Positions 11,008-20,229 are shown, numbered from the stretch's first letter. The stretch is 40,170 bases of DNA from an uncultured archaeon (GCA_964447495.1 CAYUTF010000012.1:1-40170); one strand, 5' to 3'. Notes: generated from the sequence alone by a model not told the origin. Numbers and translations are program-made.

Positions 11008-11069
11008 TTTTAACTCACCTTTTTGAACATATTAAATCTACATAATAATTTGAAATTTTCTCTTTTTGA

Positions 11070-11342
11070 TTAAAAATTTTCTGAAATATGTAAGGTTTGA
11101 TCCACAATCTTTCCAAAACTAATAATTTCATTTACACTAGCTCTAAATGCTATAATATCTTTACTTTCAATGGTAAATATCAATATACTTTCTTTTTTTT
11201 CCATCGAAATTTTAGATCTTGTAGATTTAATAGAATCTAATTCCGGTAAAAAAGAATTATAAGAAATTGAGCATAAATCAGAATTTTCAAATTTAAATTT
11301 GATAATAGAATGAATTTTGAAATGATCTTTTGAGAGGGTCAT
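11070..11342 (-). CDS. pcc1: KEOPS complex subunit Pcc1
   Basis: S-x-x-PE...RS-x-I...I-x-S-x-D-x-x-AFRASVN pattern; lies between rpl37ae and pfdB. Confidence 0.85.
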   Translation of the reverse strand: MTLSKDHFKIHSIIKFKFENSDLCSISYNSFLPELDSIKSTRSKISMEKKESILIFTIESKDIIAFRASVNEIISFGKIVDQTLHISENF

Positions 11343-11623
11343 TCTTCTATAGATTCCAACTCTCTTTGTTTTCTCTTTGCTATTCTAAAGGATTCTGAGC
11401 CTCTTGGAGTTGAGATATCGTAAGCTCCCCCAGTAAAGCGAGCTTCACATTTTTTACAAAACCAAATCCCTGTTGATTCCCTTGTAATAGATCCCTTAGT
11501 CTCACAACGTGGGCATTTTAAATTTCCACCCTTCTGTTTATTCATTATTAACGCCCATCTTTTTCTGACATTTGCCCCATATCTTGGGCCGAATTGTCCC
11601 GCTAGTCCGACTTTCTTAGTCAT
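11339..11623 (-). CDS. rpl37ae: 50S ribosomal protein L37Ae (eL43)
   Basis: TKKVGLAGQFGPRYG, CPRC...GIWFCKKC...FTGGAY. Confidence 0.97.
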   Translation of the reverse strand: MTKKVGLAGQFGPRYGANVRKRWALIMNKQKGGNLKCPRCETKGSITRESTGIWFCKKCEARFTGGAYDISTPRGSESFRIAKRKQRELESIEE

Positions 11624-11828
11624 TTATACCACTAAAGAGATGTTGATATTATTGTTAAATAAAAGCATCTATATACTTTAAATTTTTCCAATTTAATTCA
11701 AATAAAATTAATTTTGAATTCTAAATCGATTCAATTAAAGGATTTTAACCATATATAAAGAAATTTAAATAAAGATAAATTTATGAATTTAATTAAAATT
11801 TTAGTAATATTATTCAAATGTGTTTACT

Positions 11829-14552
11829 ATGGTGGCAGAAGAAAGGTTTATGATTCATTTAAACGATGTAAATAAAGTTAATGTTAATTTAATCGGAAGG
11901 AAAGCCGCAAATCTTGGGATATTAATTCAAAATAAATTTAATGTCCCAATAGGATATGTAATAAGTACAGATGCTTATAAGTTGTTTTTAGAATACAATA
12001 ACCTTGAAAAGATAATCCAAAATATCTTATCAGAAATGAATAGTGATGATTTAAATTTAATCGCATCATCTTCGAAGAAAATTAGAAACATTATATTAGA
12101 AAGTGAATTGCCTGAGGAAGTAATTTCTGAAATTCATTCAAAGTTTCAAAATTTAGAACCTTATCCTTTAGCAATTAGATCATCAGCAACCTCAGAAGAT
12201 TTGCCAACAGCTTCTTTCGCTGGTCAATATGACTCTTATTTAAACATAAATGGCGTTAAAGATACAATAAATCATATTAAACAATGCTATTCTTCTTTAT
12301 GGACTACGAGAGCTATTTCGTATAGAATTAAAAATCAAATTCCTCATAAAAATCTAAAACTTGCTGTGATTATTCAAAAATTAATTTCTGCTAAATCTGC
12401 TGGTGTCCTCTTCACAACAAATCCTATAACCTCAGATGAATCACAGCTTATTATTGAATCAAACTATGGATTAGGTGAATCGATTGTTTCTGGAAAAATT
12501 ACCCCTGATCAATTTATAATTCAAAAAGAAAGTAAAAGGAAATTTTTATTCAAAATCATAGATAAAAGAATTGGAAATAAAAAATTTTCAATTCATCCAA
12601 AATCTTTGGATAAAGGATCTGGAATAGATGTTTTTGATCTTTCAGATCAATTAAATGAAAAACCTTCTCTTTCTGATAAGCAAATTATCTCTCTCAGCAA
12701 AATAGGTATTCAAATAGAAAATACTTTTGGAAAAATACCACAAGATATAGAATGGGCAATTGATAATAATAATAATATATTTATTCTACAAACTCGACCT
12801 GTTACCTCCAAAAAATCTCTTGAATTAGAAGGGCTCCCAATTTATTCAAGAGGGTATGCTGATGACTATTGGAATGATGATACAACTCCATTGTTTTTTG
12901 ATTTATTAGGAGATCAAATAACAAAGGTAGTAAATATCGAACTCAATAGTATCATGGGATATAAAAGTATAGATAAACAGTTATTAAAGTTATATAAAGG
13001 TCATGTGTATTTTAATTTAGATGTGTTAAAAAGTAAGGTAGAATATGAAATCCCTACTTTTGTACGAAATGAAGATGTCTTGAATTATTTTCCGGAAGGG
13101 TATGGTTCTTATGGGAAAGAGACCATGAAAAAGCTCCCTTTTCGCCTTTTGAGAAGAATTTTTTCAGAGTTACGCGTTAAATTTCATGATCCCGATGGTG
13201 CTATGTCTAAAACTGCCATGAAATACGAACAATGGACTCAAGAGATTTTTGACCCTTATTGCGAAGAATTCGATTCGAAACTAAGAGATTTATTAAATAC
13301 AGATGATTTAAAAGCATTATTTGATTTATGGAAGGAATTTAACAAAGTAATGATTTCCCATTTCCGTCTAATCAGGTATGGAATTCCTGTCCATAATATC
13401 GGTATGAATTTAATGACTCAATATCTTCTTACTAGGTTTTTTGGTAAAGAGGAGTCACAAAATATCTTTCCTATCTTAATTTCTGGTTTAGATCACAAAC
13501 TAACTGAAACTAATCATCGAATTCATCAATTAGCATCCTTGATACTAAGTTCTTCGCATCTTAAATCTTTGTTTAGAGAAAAGAAATCAGATGAAATTTA
13601 TCAGATAATAAAAACAGAAAAGAATCCAGATGTTATCCGGTTTTTAAATCAATTTGAGGATTTTTTACAAAAATTTGGTGATCGTGGGTTTACCAGAGAA
13701 ATTTATTATCCACGGTGGAAAGAGTCTCCTGATCTTGTTTTTGATATATTAAAGTCATTGACTTCAGAAAATTGGGATCAAAATCATGATATTAAATCTA
13801 AGATGTTACATAAACAAGAGATAGTAGAGCGTTCAGTTGAAAAAAGGTTAAGATCTAAGATATTTGGACCCCTTATATGGAAATTATTTTCAGGTATCTT
13901 GAAAAATAGTAGGAAGTACATAATCTTCCGTGAAAATCAGAGATTTAATCTAGATAAATGGATTACTAGAAACAGAGAACTATTTTTAGAAGTTGGTAGA
14001 ATCTTAGTAAAGCGAGAAATTCTCCAGAACAGAAATGAAATATTTTTTCTTTATAAAAAGGAGATAAGGAAGATTATATTTGATGAATATAATCTTTCTG
14101 AGATGAGCCAGTTGTCAAAATTGACGAGAGATCGAATGAATGAGTTTTTAAAATATGAAAATGTCATTCCTCCAAAATTTCTTTTAGGTTCGAATGAATT
14201 TGATGACCTTTTAGAATTTGATGAGAATAGTAATCAATTTCGAGGAATTCCTGCCAGTCATGGAATAATTACCGCTCCAATTAGGATTCTCCATGATATT
14301 AGTTTTATTCCTACAATTCAAGCAGGAGAAATTCTTGTTGTTCCTCGAACTGACCCAGGTTGGACACCAGTATTTGCAAAAATTGGCGGTCTAATTACTG
14401 AAACAGGCGGAGTTCTGTCGCATGGAGCGGTAGTTTCTCGAGAATATGGAATTCCTGCTGTTACTAATATTCCTAATGCGTGTAAGATATTTAAAACGGG
14501 TCAATTGGTTACTATCAATGGATTTAATGGGAGTGTTTTTTTAAAAAATTAG
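11829..14552 (+). CDS. Water-dikinase-like enzyme with rifampicin-phosphotransferase/PigC architecture (ATP-grasp, central substrate domain, C-terminal phospho-His swivel)
   Basis: GRKAANLG, AIRSSATSEDLPTASFAGQYDS, GLGESIVSG, DIEWAI...ILQTRPVT at the N-terminus; TDPGWTP...GGVLSHGAVVSREYGIPAV at the extreme C-terminus; no PEP/pyruvate TIM barrel. Confidence 0.88.
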   Translation: MVAEERFMIHLNDVNKVNVNLIGRKAANLGILIQNKFNVPIGYVISTDAYKLFLEYNNLEKIIQNILSEMNSDDLNLIASSSKKIRNIILESELPEEVISEIHSKFQNLEPYPLAIRSSATSEDLPTASFAGQYDSYLNINGVKDTINHIKQCYSSLWTTRAISYRIKNQIPHKNLKLAVIIQKLISAKSAGVLFTTNPITSDESQLIIESNYGLGESIVSGKITPDQFIIQKESKRKFLFKIIDKRIGNKKFSIHPKSLDKGSGIDVFDLSDQLNEKPSLSDKQIISLSKIGIQIENTFGKIPQDIEWAIDNNNNIFILQTRPVTSKKSLELEGLPIYSRGYADDYWNDDTTPLFFDLLGDQITKVVNIELNSIMGYKSIDKQLLKLYKGHVYFNLDVLKSKVEYEIPTFVRNEDVLNYFPEGYGSYGKETMKKLPFRLLRRIFSELRVKFHDPDGAMSKTAMKYEQWTQEIFDPYCEEFDSKLRDLLNTDDLKALFDLWKEFNKVMISHFRLIRYGIPVHNIGMNLMTQYLLTRFFGKEESQNIFPILISGLDHKLTETNHRIHQLASLILSSSHLKSLFREKKSDEIYQIIKTEKNPDVIRFLNQFEDFLQKFGDRGFTREIYYPRWKESPDLVFDILKSLTSENWDQNHDIKSKMLHKQEIVERSVEKRLRSKIFGPLIWKLFSGILKNSRKYIIFRENQRFNLDKWITRNRELFLEVGRILVKREILQNRNEIFFLYKKEIRKIIFDEYNLSEMSQLSKLTRDRMNEFLKYENVIPPKFLLGSNEFDDLLEFDENSNQFRGIPASHGIITAPIRILHDISFIPTIQAGEILVVPRTDPGWTPVFAKIGGLITETGGVLSHGAVVSREYGIPAVTNIPNACKIFKTGQLVTINGFNGSVFLKN

Positions 14553-14571
14553 ACATAAAGAGGAATTTGAA

Positions 14572-15540
14572 ATGGAGAAAATAATTCATGAAGAAAAAAT
14601 CACAGCTCATCCAGAATGGAATGAGAGTTATTACTTTGTTTTTTATGATAAAAATAAAAATATTGGTGGTATGTCACGAATTGGATTTAAACCTAATAAG
14701 CAAGAGGGGATGACTTTCTTTTTCTTATTCCTCCCAGACGGCTCTGTCGGGGGGTATCATCAAGAAATTAAAATGAAAAAATTCGATGATAAATTGAAAG
14801 TCAAAGGTATGGCTCATGATTGGCAAGAAGATGAAAGTTGGAATTACATTTTTAAAGGCAATATGTTTTTTGTAAAAAATTCATTGGATTTACCGAAAAT
14901 TAAGGAAAATCCAGAGCTAATCTTGAAAATAGAGAAAGTGGAATTACAGTGCTTATATAAGCCAATTAATGATATTTATGAATATAGTGAATTTATGACT
15001 CCCGAATCGTTAGAAATAGGAAAGAAATCCGGTGATAAACATTGGGAGCAAATTGGAGGATTAACAGGGGCTTTGAAAATTGGAAGTACGGTTTATAAGC
15101 TTAAAGATGTTATGAGTCAACGTGATCATACCTATGGCGTGCGAGATTGGACAGGAGTCGGAGATTGGTTTTATTATGTGATATGGTTCAATAAAGATTT
15201 AGCAATAAATCCGGCAGCAATCATAACTGATGATGGACGATTATCCACAGGAGGTTTTCTTTATAAAAATGGAAAGAATATACCTTTAAAAACAATAAAA
15301 ATAATTGATCAAAGGTTTGAAAAGAATGGTATCTTACCTATTAGTTCAGAATTGGAACTTAATGATGATAAGGGAGTAAAACATGTTCTTAAAGGAAAAG
15401 TTAACTCGATTATACCTGTTCCATTTAAAGATCTTAAAGGAAATACGTCTATTCTTATCCAATCTTTTGGAGATTTTGAACTTGATGGAATTAAAGGAGG
15501 ATATGGGACATTTGAAACTCTTAGAAAAATAAGAAATTAA
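14572..15540 (+). CDS. Uncharacterised protein, tocopherol-cyclase/AttH-like double beta-barrel
   Basis: WNESYYF near the N-terminus, HWEQ-x-G and RDHTYGVRDW; beta-rich; GAGG SD, 19 nt after the dikinase. Confidence 0.6.
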   Translation: MEKIIHEEKITAHPEWNESYYFVFYDKNKNIGGMSRIGFKPNKQEGMTFFFLFLPDGSVGGYHQEIKMKKFDDKLKVKGMAHDWQEDESWNYIFKGNMFFVKNSLDLPKIKENPELILKIEKVELQCLYKPINDIYEYSEFMTPESLEIGKKSGDKHWEQIGGLTGALKIGSTVYKLKDVMSQRDHTYGVRDWTGVGDWFYYVIWFNKDLAINPAAIITDDGRLSTGGFLYKNGKNIPLKTIKIIDQRFEKNGILPISSELELNDDKGVKHVLKGKVNSIIPVPFKDLKGNTSILIQSFGDFELDGIKGGYGTFETLRKIRN

Positions 15541-15582
15541 AATTTATATATAAAAAAATAAGAATTCTGGAAAAAAATAATA

Positions 15583-16407
15583 TTAATCATTACTGACTTT
15601 ATATTGCCATAGATTTAGCTTTTCTCTAATATTTTTACCTATTTCCATCGATCTCTTTGTTAATTCTTGAATTTCCTCAATTGAAAAAGTAGCAGGACCA
15701 CTCTTTTGAATTGACACAATTTTATCCTTTGTTACAGAAATAGAAATACGACCCTCAGATACTAACTCTTCTGGCAAATTCGGATCTAAAAAGATTATAT
15801 CACCAATTTTTCCATAAGTTAATATCAATGGGAGCTCTTTCACGATATCTTTTCCAGTAAGATATTTACCTGTCCACTCTAGATTCCCATCTTTTAATTC
15901 TCCTTCTGGTATACGACTTGAGATTAAAGCTGTTAAAGCACTAATACCTCCGGCATCAATAAGATTTCCAGCATAATTCATTACATACATATCTACAAAA
16001 AGGATGTATACTAATTTGTTTTCTTGAATGCACAATTTTTTAGTTTGGATGCAATCAGCATGCCGAATTCCACGATCCACAACTCTTGCTAGTTCAATAG
16101 ATTGTTCATCCGGAGGTCCTCGTTCGAATAAAGGAGATGCTAATGGTAATAGTTCCGCCATTATAGTACAAACACCTTCATCTGGAATATCTGGAAAGGG
16201 TTCTCCAACGTCATATTTTACCCCTGTCATTATTCTTGTTTCTCCTAATGTTACTTCTGCTGAACCTTCTGCAGATGCGATGATATCATGAGCAATATTC
16301 ATTTTTCGATATTCCCATAAACCCCTATCATCTATTCTTTCTCCTTTCTTCAAATTTTCAATGATATATTTTTTTTCAATTGTCGATATAACTCTTCTAA
16401 TATTCAT
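15583..16407 (-). CDS. rrp42: Exosome complex component Rrp42
   Basis: RIDDRG...AEGSA-x-V-x-LG-x-T, PFPD-x-P-x-EG, ELARVVDRGIR, GNLIDA, IQKSG. Confidence 0.96.
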   Translation of the reverse strand: MNIRRVISTIEKKYIIENLKKGERIDDRGLWEYRKMNIAHDIIASAEGSAEVTLGETRIMTGVKYDVGEPFPDIPDEGVCTIMAELLPLASPLFERGPPDEQSIELARVVDRGIRHADCIQTKKLCIQENKLVYILFVDMYVMNYAGNLIDAGGISALTALISSRIPEGELKDGNLEWTGKYLTGKDIVKELPLILTYGKIGDIIFLDPNLPEELVSEGRISISVTKDKIVSIQKSGPATFSIEEIQELTKRSMEIGKNIREKLNLWQYKVSND

Positions 16408-16412
16408 CAAGT

Positions 16413-17174
16413 TTAACTCTCTCCTCCTTCTTGTTCTTCTAAGATTGTTGTATATTTACTTTTTAAGGCTTTTAATTGAATTTGAAGAATTTCATTTAAG
16501 GCCGTTTTAGCGTTAGCCAAAGACTCATTTAATTCATCTAAATCCATGTCTCCATCAAATTGTAGTAAAGAAAGTTCTTCATTAAACCATGTGATTGCAC
16601 AGGGTAAATCAGCTTCACCTGCTTTATCTTCAATACCAGACAGGTCTGTAATCAATTGCCCATCAATCTTTCCAACTGCAACTGCAGAGACTAAGCTTCT
16701 CATAGGTACACCCGCATCTGCCAGTGCTAAAGCAGCAACTGTTGTACTAGCACATCTTGTACCTCCATCAGCATCCATCACTTCAATGAAGACCTCAAAT
16801 GCAGTACCAGGATAAAGCTCTAAAAAGAGCACAGGTTCTAAACAATCAGTAATTATCATTGAAATCTCTTTTTCTCGTCTACCAGGAGCAGGACGCTTCC
16901 TTTCAAACACAGAAAAAGTAGCCATCCGATAGAATACTCTTAGGATACCTTTATCAGGTTTTGCTAAATGGTGAGGGTGCACTTCTCTCGGTCCGTATAC
17001 TGCAGCATATATTTTATTATTACCCCATTCCAAATAAGCAGATCCATCCGCATTACTTATAACACCGACCTTCATTTTGATGGGGCGAATTTCATTATTT
17101 TCTCGACCATCAAGTCGCTTTCCATCTTCTCGGAATAACTTTTTTGGATATACGTCATTAATTATTAACGGCAT
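16413..17174 (-). CDS. rrp41: Exosome complex exonuclease Rrp41
   Basis: RLDGR, ADGSAYLEWG, VYGPRE, RREKEIS, ADGGTRCA, DLSGIED. Confidence 0.97.
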   Translation of the reverse strand: MPLIINDVYPKKLFREDGKRLDGRENNEIRPIKMKVGVISNADGSAYLEWGNNKIYAAVYGPREVHPHHLAKPDKGILRVFYRMATFSVFERKRPAPGRREKEISMIITDCLEPVLFLELYPGTAFEVFIEVMDADGGTRCASTTVAALALADAGVPMRSLVSAVAVGKIDGQLITDLSGIEDKAGEADLPCAITWFNEELSLLQFDGDMDLDELNESLANAKTALNEILQIQLKALKSKYTTILEEQEGGES

Positions 17175-17951
17175 TTATTTAATACCTCTTTTTTGTTTTT
17201 CACTTTCTATATAATGAGACATTCTATCTGTCAAACCAACAGTATGAGCCTCATTTTCTATTTTTTTTATTGCATCAAAAAGTAGTCTTTCATAAGCAAT
17301 ATTTTCTCCTTTAATCCATATTCGCCCATTTTGAGTAACAAAAATGTTGCATTTGGTTAGATTTTTTAAAAGTTTTATCATTGACCCATTACGTCCAATA
17401 ACTCTCGGAATCTTAGGAGGATCAATGGTTATTACTATACCATTTACTCTCTTTCCCAAATATTTTCCTACTATAGTTAATTCAGGCATATTCAAGCGAT
17501 CTGCTGAAATGATTTTGGCTATGAGAATATCACCTACTTCAAATTCTTCAGATTCCATATTACTCGATCCTTGACTTCCACCTCTAAAACTTTTTATTCT
17601 TCCCCTTTTTATTGCGTTTCTAGGCTTTAATACGGCGAGATCTTTAGCATTGATATCACATTTATACTTTACGGGATTTTTATCGATAACTAAAGCAATA
17701 ACTTTGTCACCAGGCTTGGGAGTATAAAATCCTCTTAAAGGAATAACATTAATATAATTTTTCTTTATTTGTTTCAAACCTATATTTAATGCAATGATTT
17801 TTGTTTTATTTTTATTTAATAATGTACCTCTTCCTGGAATAAAATGTTCTACATCTTCAGTTAACACTTCTCCAGGAACAACAATTTCGCGATCAGTTTC
17901 CTCAGATTCAAATTCATCAAGTTCTTCTGATTCAAGTTCTTCATTTTCCAT
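17175..17951 (-). CDS. rrp4: Exosome complex RNA-binding protein Rrp4 (S1 + KH)
   Basis: VVPGE, Y-x-PKPGDKVI, KIPRVIGRNGSMI, QNGRIW, EAHTVGLTDR. Confidence 0.96.
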   Translation of the reverse strand: MENEELESEELDEFESEETDREIVVPGEVLTEDVEHFIPGRGTLLNKNKTKIIALNIGLKQIKKNYINVIPLRGFYTPKPGDKVIALVIDKNPVKYKCDINAKDLAVLKPRNAIKRGRIKSFRGGSQGSSNMESEEFEVGDILIAKIISADRLNMPELTIVGKYLGKRVNGIVITIDPPKIPRVIGRNGSMIKLLKNLTKCNIFVTQNGRIWIKGENIAYERLLFDAIKKIENEAHTVGLTDRMSHYIESEKQKRGIK

Positions 17952-18036
17952 TAATTTATACCACTCTCTATATTTGTAATTATATTACCTAACCAATGAA
18001 AAAATAATATAGCTAAAATTAATTAAAAACATCTGG

Positions 18037-18828
18037 TTAGGATTTTAATACCTTAGTTTGAACTCTTCCATGGGTTAACTTATTAAGTTTATCAATTAAC
18101 TCCATCTGTAAACCAGCGGGTAAACTGACAACTGAAACCCAGGATCCGTCAGATTGCCATTCTTCTTTCTTTATTTGAGCTAATTGGGCAACTACATTAT
18201 ATCCTTTTGCAGTAAATGCGGAAGGGACCTTTAAAGCCATTTCGACTTGTTCCATACGTATAGGAATGATGGCTCTAATACTTTTTACAACGTCATCAAC
18301 TTGTTCTTCTGCATTCCTCATTAAATCAATCTTTACCTTAGCTTCTTCAATTGCTTTTTCAATTCTTTGATAAGGATGTGGTTTTTGATTCTGGGGATTG
18401 ATTGCATTCTTTGTTATAATCGTTATGATTTGCTTTAACTTCTTTTCTCTTTCTTCTTCCCGTTGAGCCTTCGTCCAATTAATTTCTCCATCAAGTAATA
18501 TGATACACGCAATAATCCTTCCATCAGTTGTATTAAAAACTGCTTCCATATCTCCGTCAGTAGCTTTTTTACCTCGACGTAGATCTTCAAATACGGTAAA
18601 ACTCTCAAAAATGAGGTCTGTTGAAATATTTGGATTGTTCAAGAGCTCTTCTGTTGAAATACGAGACTTTTCTTTCCCATCTTTTAGTCTTTTATTAATC
18701 TCTTCACGAATGATCTTTTTTGCTTCCCATGCTTTTTCTGGATCTAAGAGCATTTCGAAAGTTCTTCCTTCTTTTTCGATCCGTCCTATGATATATCCTC
18801 CTAAATCTATTCTTGCTCTATCGATCAT
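18037..18828 (-). CDS. sdo1: Ribosome maturation factor SBDS/Sdo1
   Basis: G-x-x-FE-x-L-x-DP, AINPQ-x-x-x-PHP-x-x-RIEKA, PIRME, EEWQSDGSW, PAGLQ. Confidence 0.96.
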   Translation of the reverse strand: MIDRARIDLGGYIIGRIEKEGRTFEMLLDPEKAWEAKKIIREEINKRLKDGKEKSRISTEELLNNPNISTDLIFESFTVFEDLRRGKKATDGDMEAVFNTTDGRIIACIILLDGEINWTKAQREEEREKKLKQIITIITKNAINPQNQKPHPYQRIEKAIEEAKVKIDLMRNAEEQVDDVVKSIRAIIPIRMEQVEMALKVPSAFTAKGYNVVAQLAQIKKEEWQSDGSWVSVVSLPAGLQMELIDKLNKLTHGRVQTKVLKS

Positions 18829-18926
18829 CGAATATTTCACGCAATTTATGATTTTATTACTGAATTATTTCGCTTTGGTTATTGCCCTAACAAACTATAT
18901 TGTTAAAATCCAAAATATCTCAAGTA

Positions 18927-19643
18927 TTATAATTTGCTTATTAACTCTTCTTTTTCTTCCACAGTTAATAATTTAAAATTTCTATCGTCTTTTAGGACAT
19001 AAGCAACGTCACAACTATTTTTATTAAGATTATCTCCCATCAATTCTTTCAGTGTTTTTAAGGGAAATAACTTTAATTCTTCGTCACTCATATCTTCATT
19101 ATAATTTTCCTCAAGATATTTGCGGGCTTCAGCTGAACCAGCGCCAATTGCAAAAGCTTTATAACTCCAATTAGCTCCACTAGGGTCAGTCAAAATCACA
19201 GTAGGCTTGCCATCAGGATCTATACCTCCTATTAAAAGGCTTACACCAAATGGTCGGACCCCTGCGTTTTGAGTGAACAACTGAAGATACTCACAGATAT
19301 TCAGAGTACTGTCTTTTACAGTAATTTTCTCATCATAATTAAGTAGGTTAACTTGAGCTTGAACACGAGCTCTATCAACTAAGACTCGTGCGTCTGCAGT
19401 CAAACCGGCAATTGCAACCCCAATATGGTCGTCAATTTTAAAAATTTTCTCTGAGCCAATAACCTCTTGAAGCTCAGAACTCTTTTTTTCGACAGCAAAT
19501 ACAACACTAGTTTTATTTCTACATACTATTGCTGTCGTTCCTCTTCTCACGGCCTCTATCGCATACTCCACTTGGAATAAACGACCTTCTGGGGAAAATT
19601 GAGTTATCGCCATGTCATAGCCACGGCCTGCCTGTTGGAATAT
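18927..19643 (-). CDS. psmA: 20S proteasome alpha subunit, probable non-canonical ATA start
   Basis: (I/M)FQQAGRGYDMAITQFSPEGRLFQVEYA, GLTADARVL, RPFGVSLL, TDPSG, AIGAG; the conserved GYD lies upstream of the first ATG (19613). Confidence 0.95.
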   Translation of the reverse strand: MFQQAGRGYDMAITQFSPEGRLFQVEYAIEAVRRGTTAIVCRNKTSVVFAVEKKSSELQEVIGSEKIFKIDDHIGVAIAGLTADARVLVDRARVQAQVNLLNYDEKITVKDSTLNICEYLQLFTQNAGVRPFGVSLLIGGIDPDGKPTVILTDPSGANWSYKAFAIGAGSAEARKYLEENYNEDMSDEELKLFPLKTLKELMGDNLNKNSCDVAYVLKDDRNFKLLTVEEKEELISKL

Positions 19644-19857
19644 TTTTCATCATCCTCTTTAATTTTATTTCGAATTCAATAGAAAATTTAAAATTCTTAA
19701 CTGATATAAGTTAAATCCTTAAGATATTTTATTTTTAATTAATTTCGGTGTACATTATTTTTTTATTCTAATTACAAAGAAGTAATAAACTATGGAATTT
19801 ATATTTTTTTTTTATAGAATAAAAAAAATCATAAAAATAGACAAATAAAAATCGTAA

Positions 19858-20229
19858 TTAACTCCATGCAACTTTATTTATTTGGATTGACCATTCAAGT
19901 AAGATCATGCCTTCGTCGCGAGTATGCGCAAGAAAATAATCTCCTTCTTTTGTTATGGATCCTACGATATTTCCCTTACCACCAACAATATTTTTAGCAG
20001 CAAGTTGAATTTCATCATTCTTTAATATCGCAAATCTAAATCCTTGGTACATTAGTGCGGGCTCTTTATTTTTCCATGCTGAAAGAATACCTATTGCCTC
20101 ATCTGGAGGTAAAGAAAAGTCATGTGATTTATATATGACTGCTCCATCTTTATTCAGTAAAAATGCTTCTTCAACTCCATCAAACTCTCTTAATTTTTCT
20201 AAGAGACTATAAAATCTTTGCTCTTCCAT
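19858..20229 (-). CDS. Profilin-like protein (Asgard eukaryotic-signature type)
   Basis: 123 aa; helix, AFLLNKDGAVIYKS-x-x-F, LMYQGFRFAIL-x-x-D-x-x-x-L-x-AKN...GKGNIV, C-terminal helix; matches the profilin topology. Confidence 0.72.
   Translation of the reverse strand: MEEQRFYSLLEKLREFDGVEEAFLLNKDGAVIYKSHDFSLPPDEAIGILSAWKNKEPALMYQGFRFAILKNDEIQLAAKNIVGGKGNIVGSITKEGDYFLAHTRDEGMILLEWSIQINKVAWS

Noticed and set aside
11829-14552. Calling this ppsA or a rifampicin-resistance gene
   Set aside because: It lacks the pyruvate-binding barrel of PEP synthase; architecture alone does not show rifamycin specificity, and archaeal RNA polymerase is not a rifampicin target
19647-19649. In-frame TGA upstream of psmA as selenocysteine or readthrough
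   Set aside because: It lies before the conserved N-terminus, next to the SD-like region; no SECIS-like element was seen
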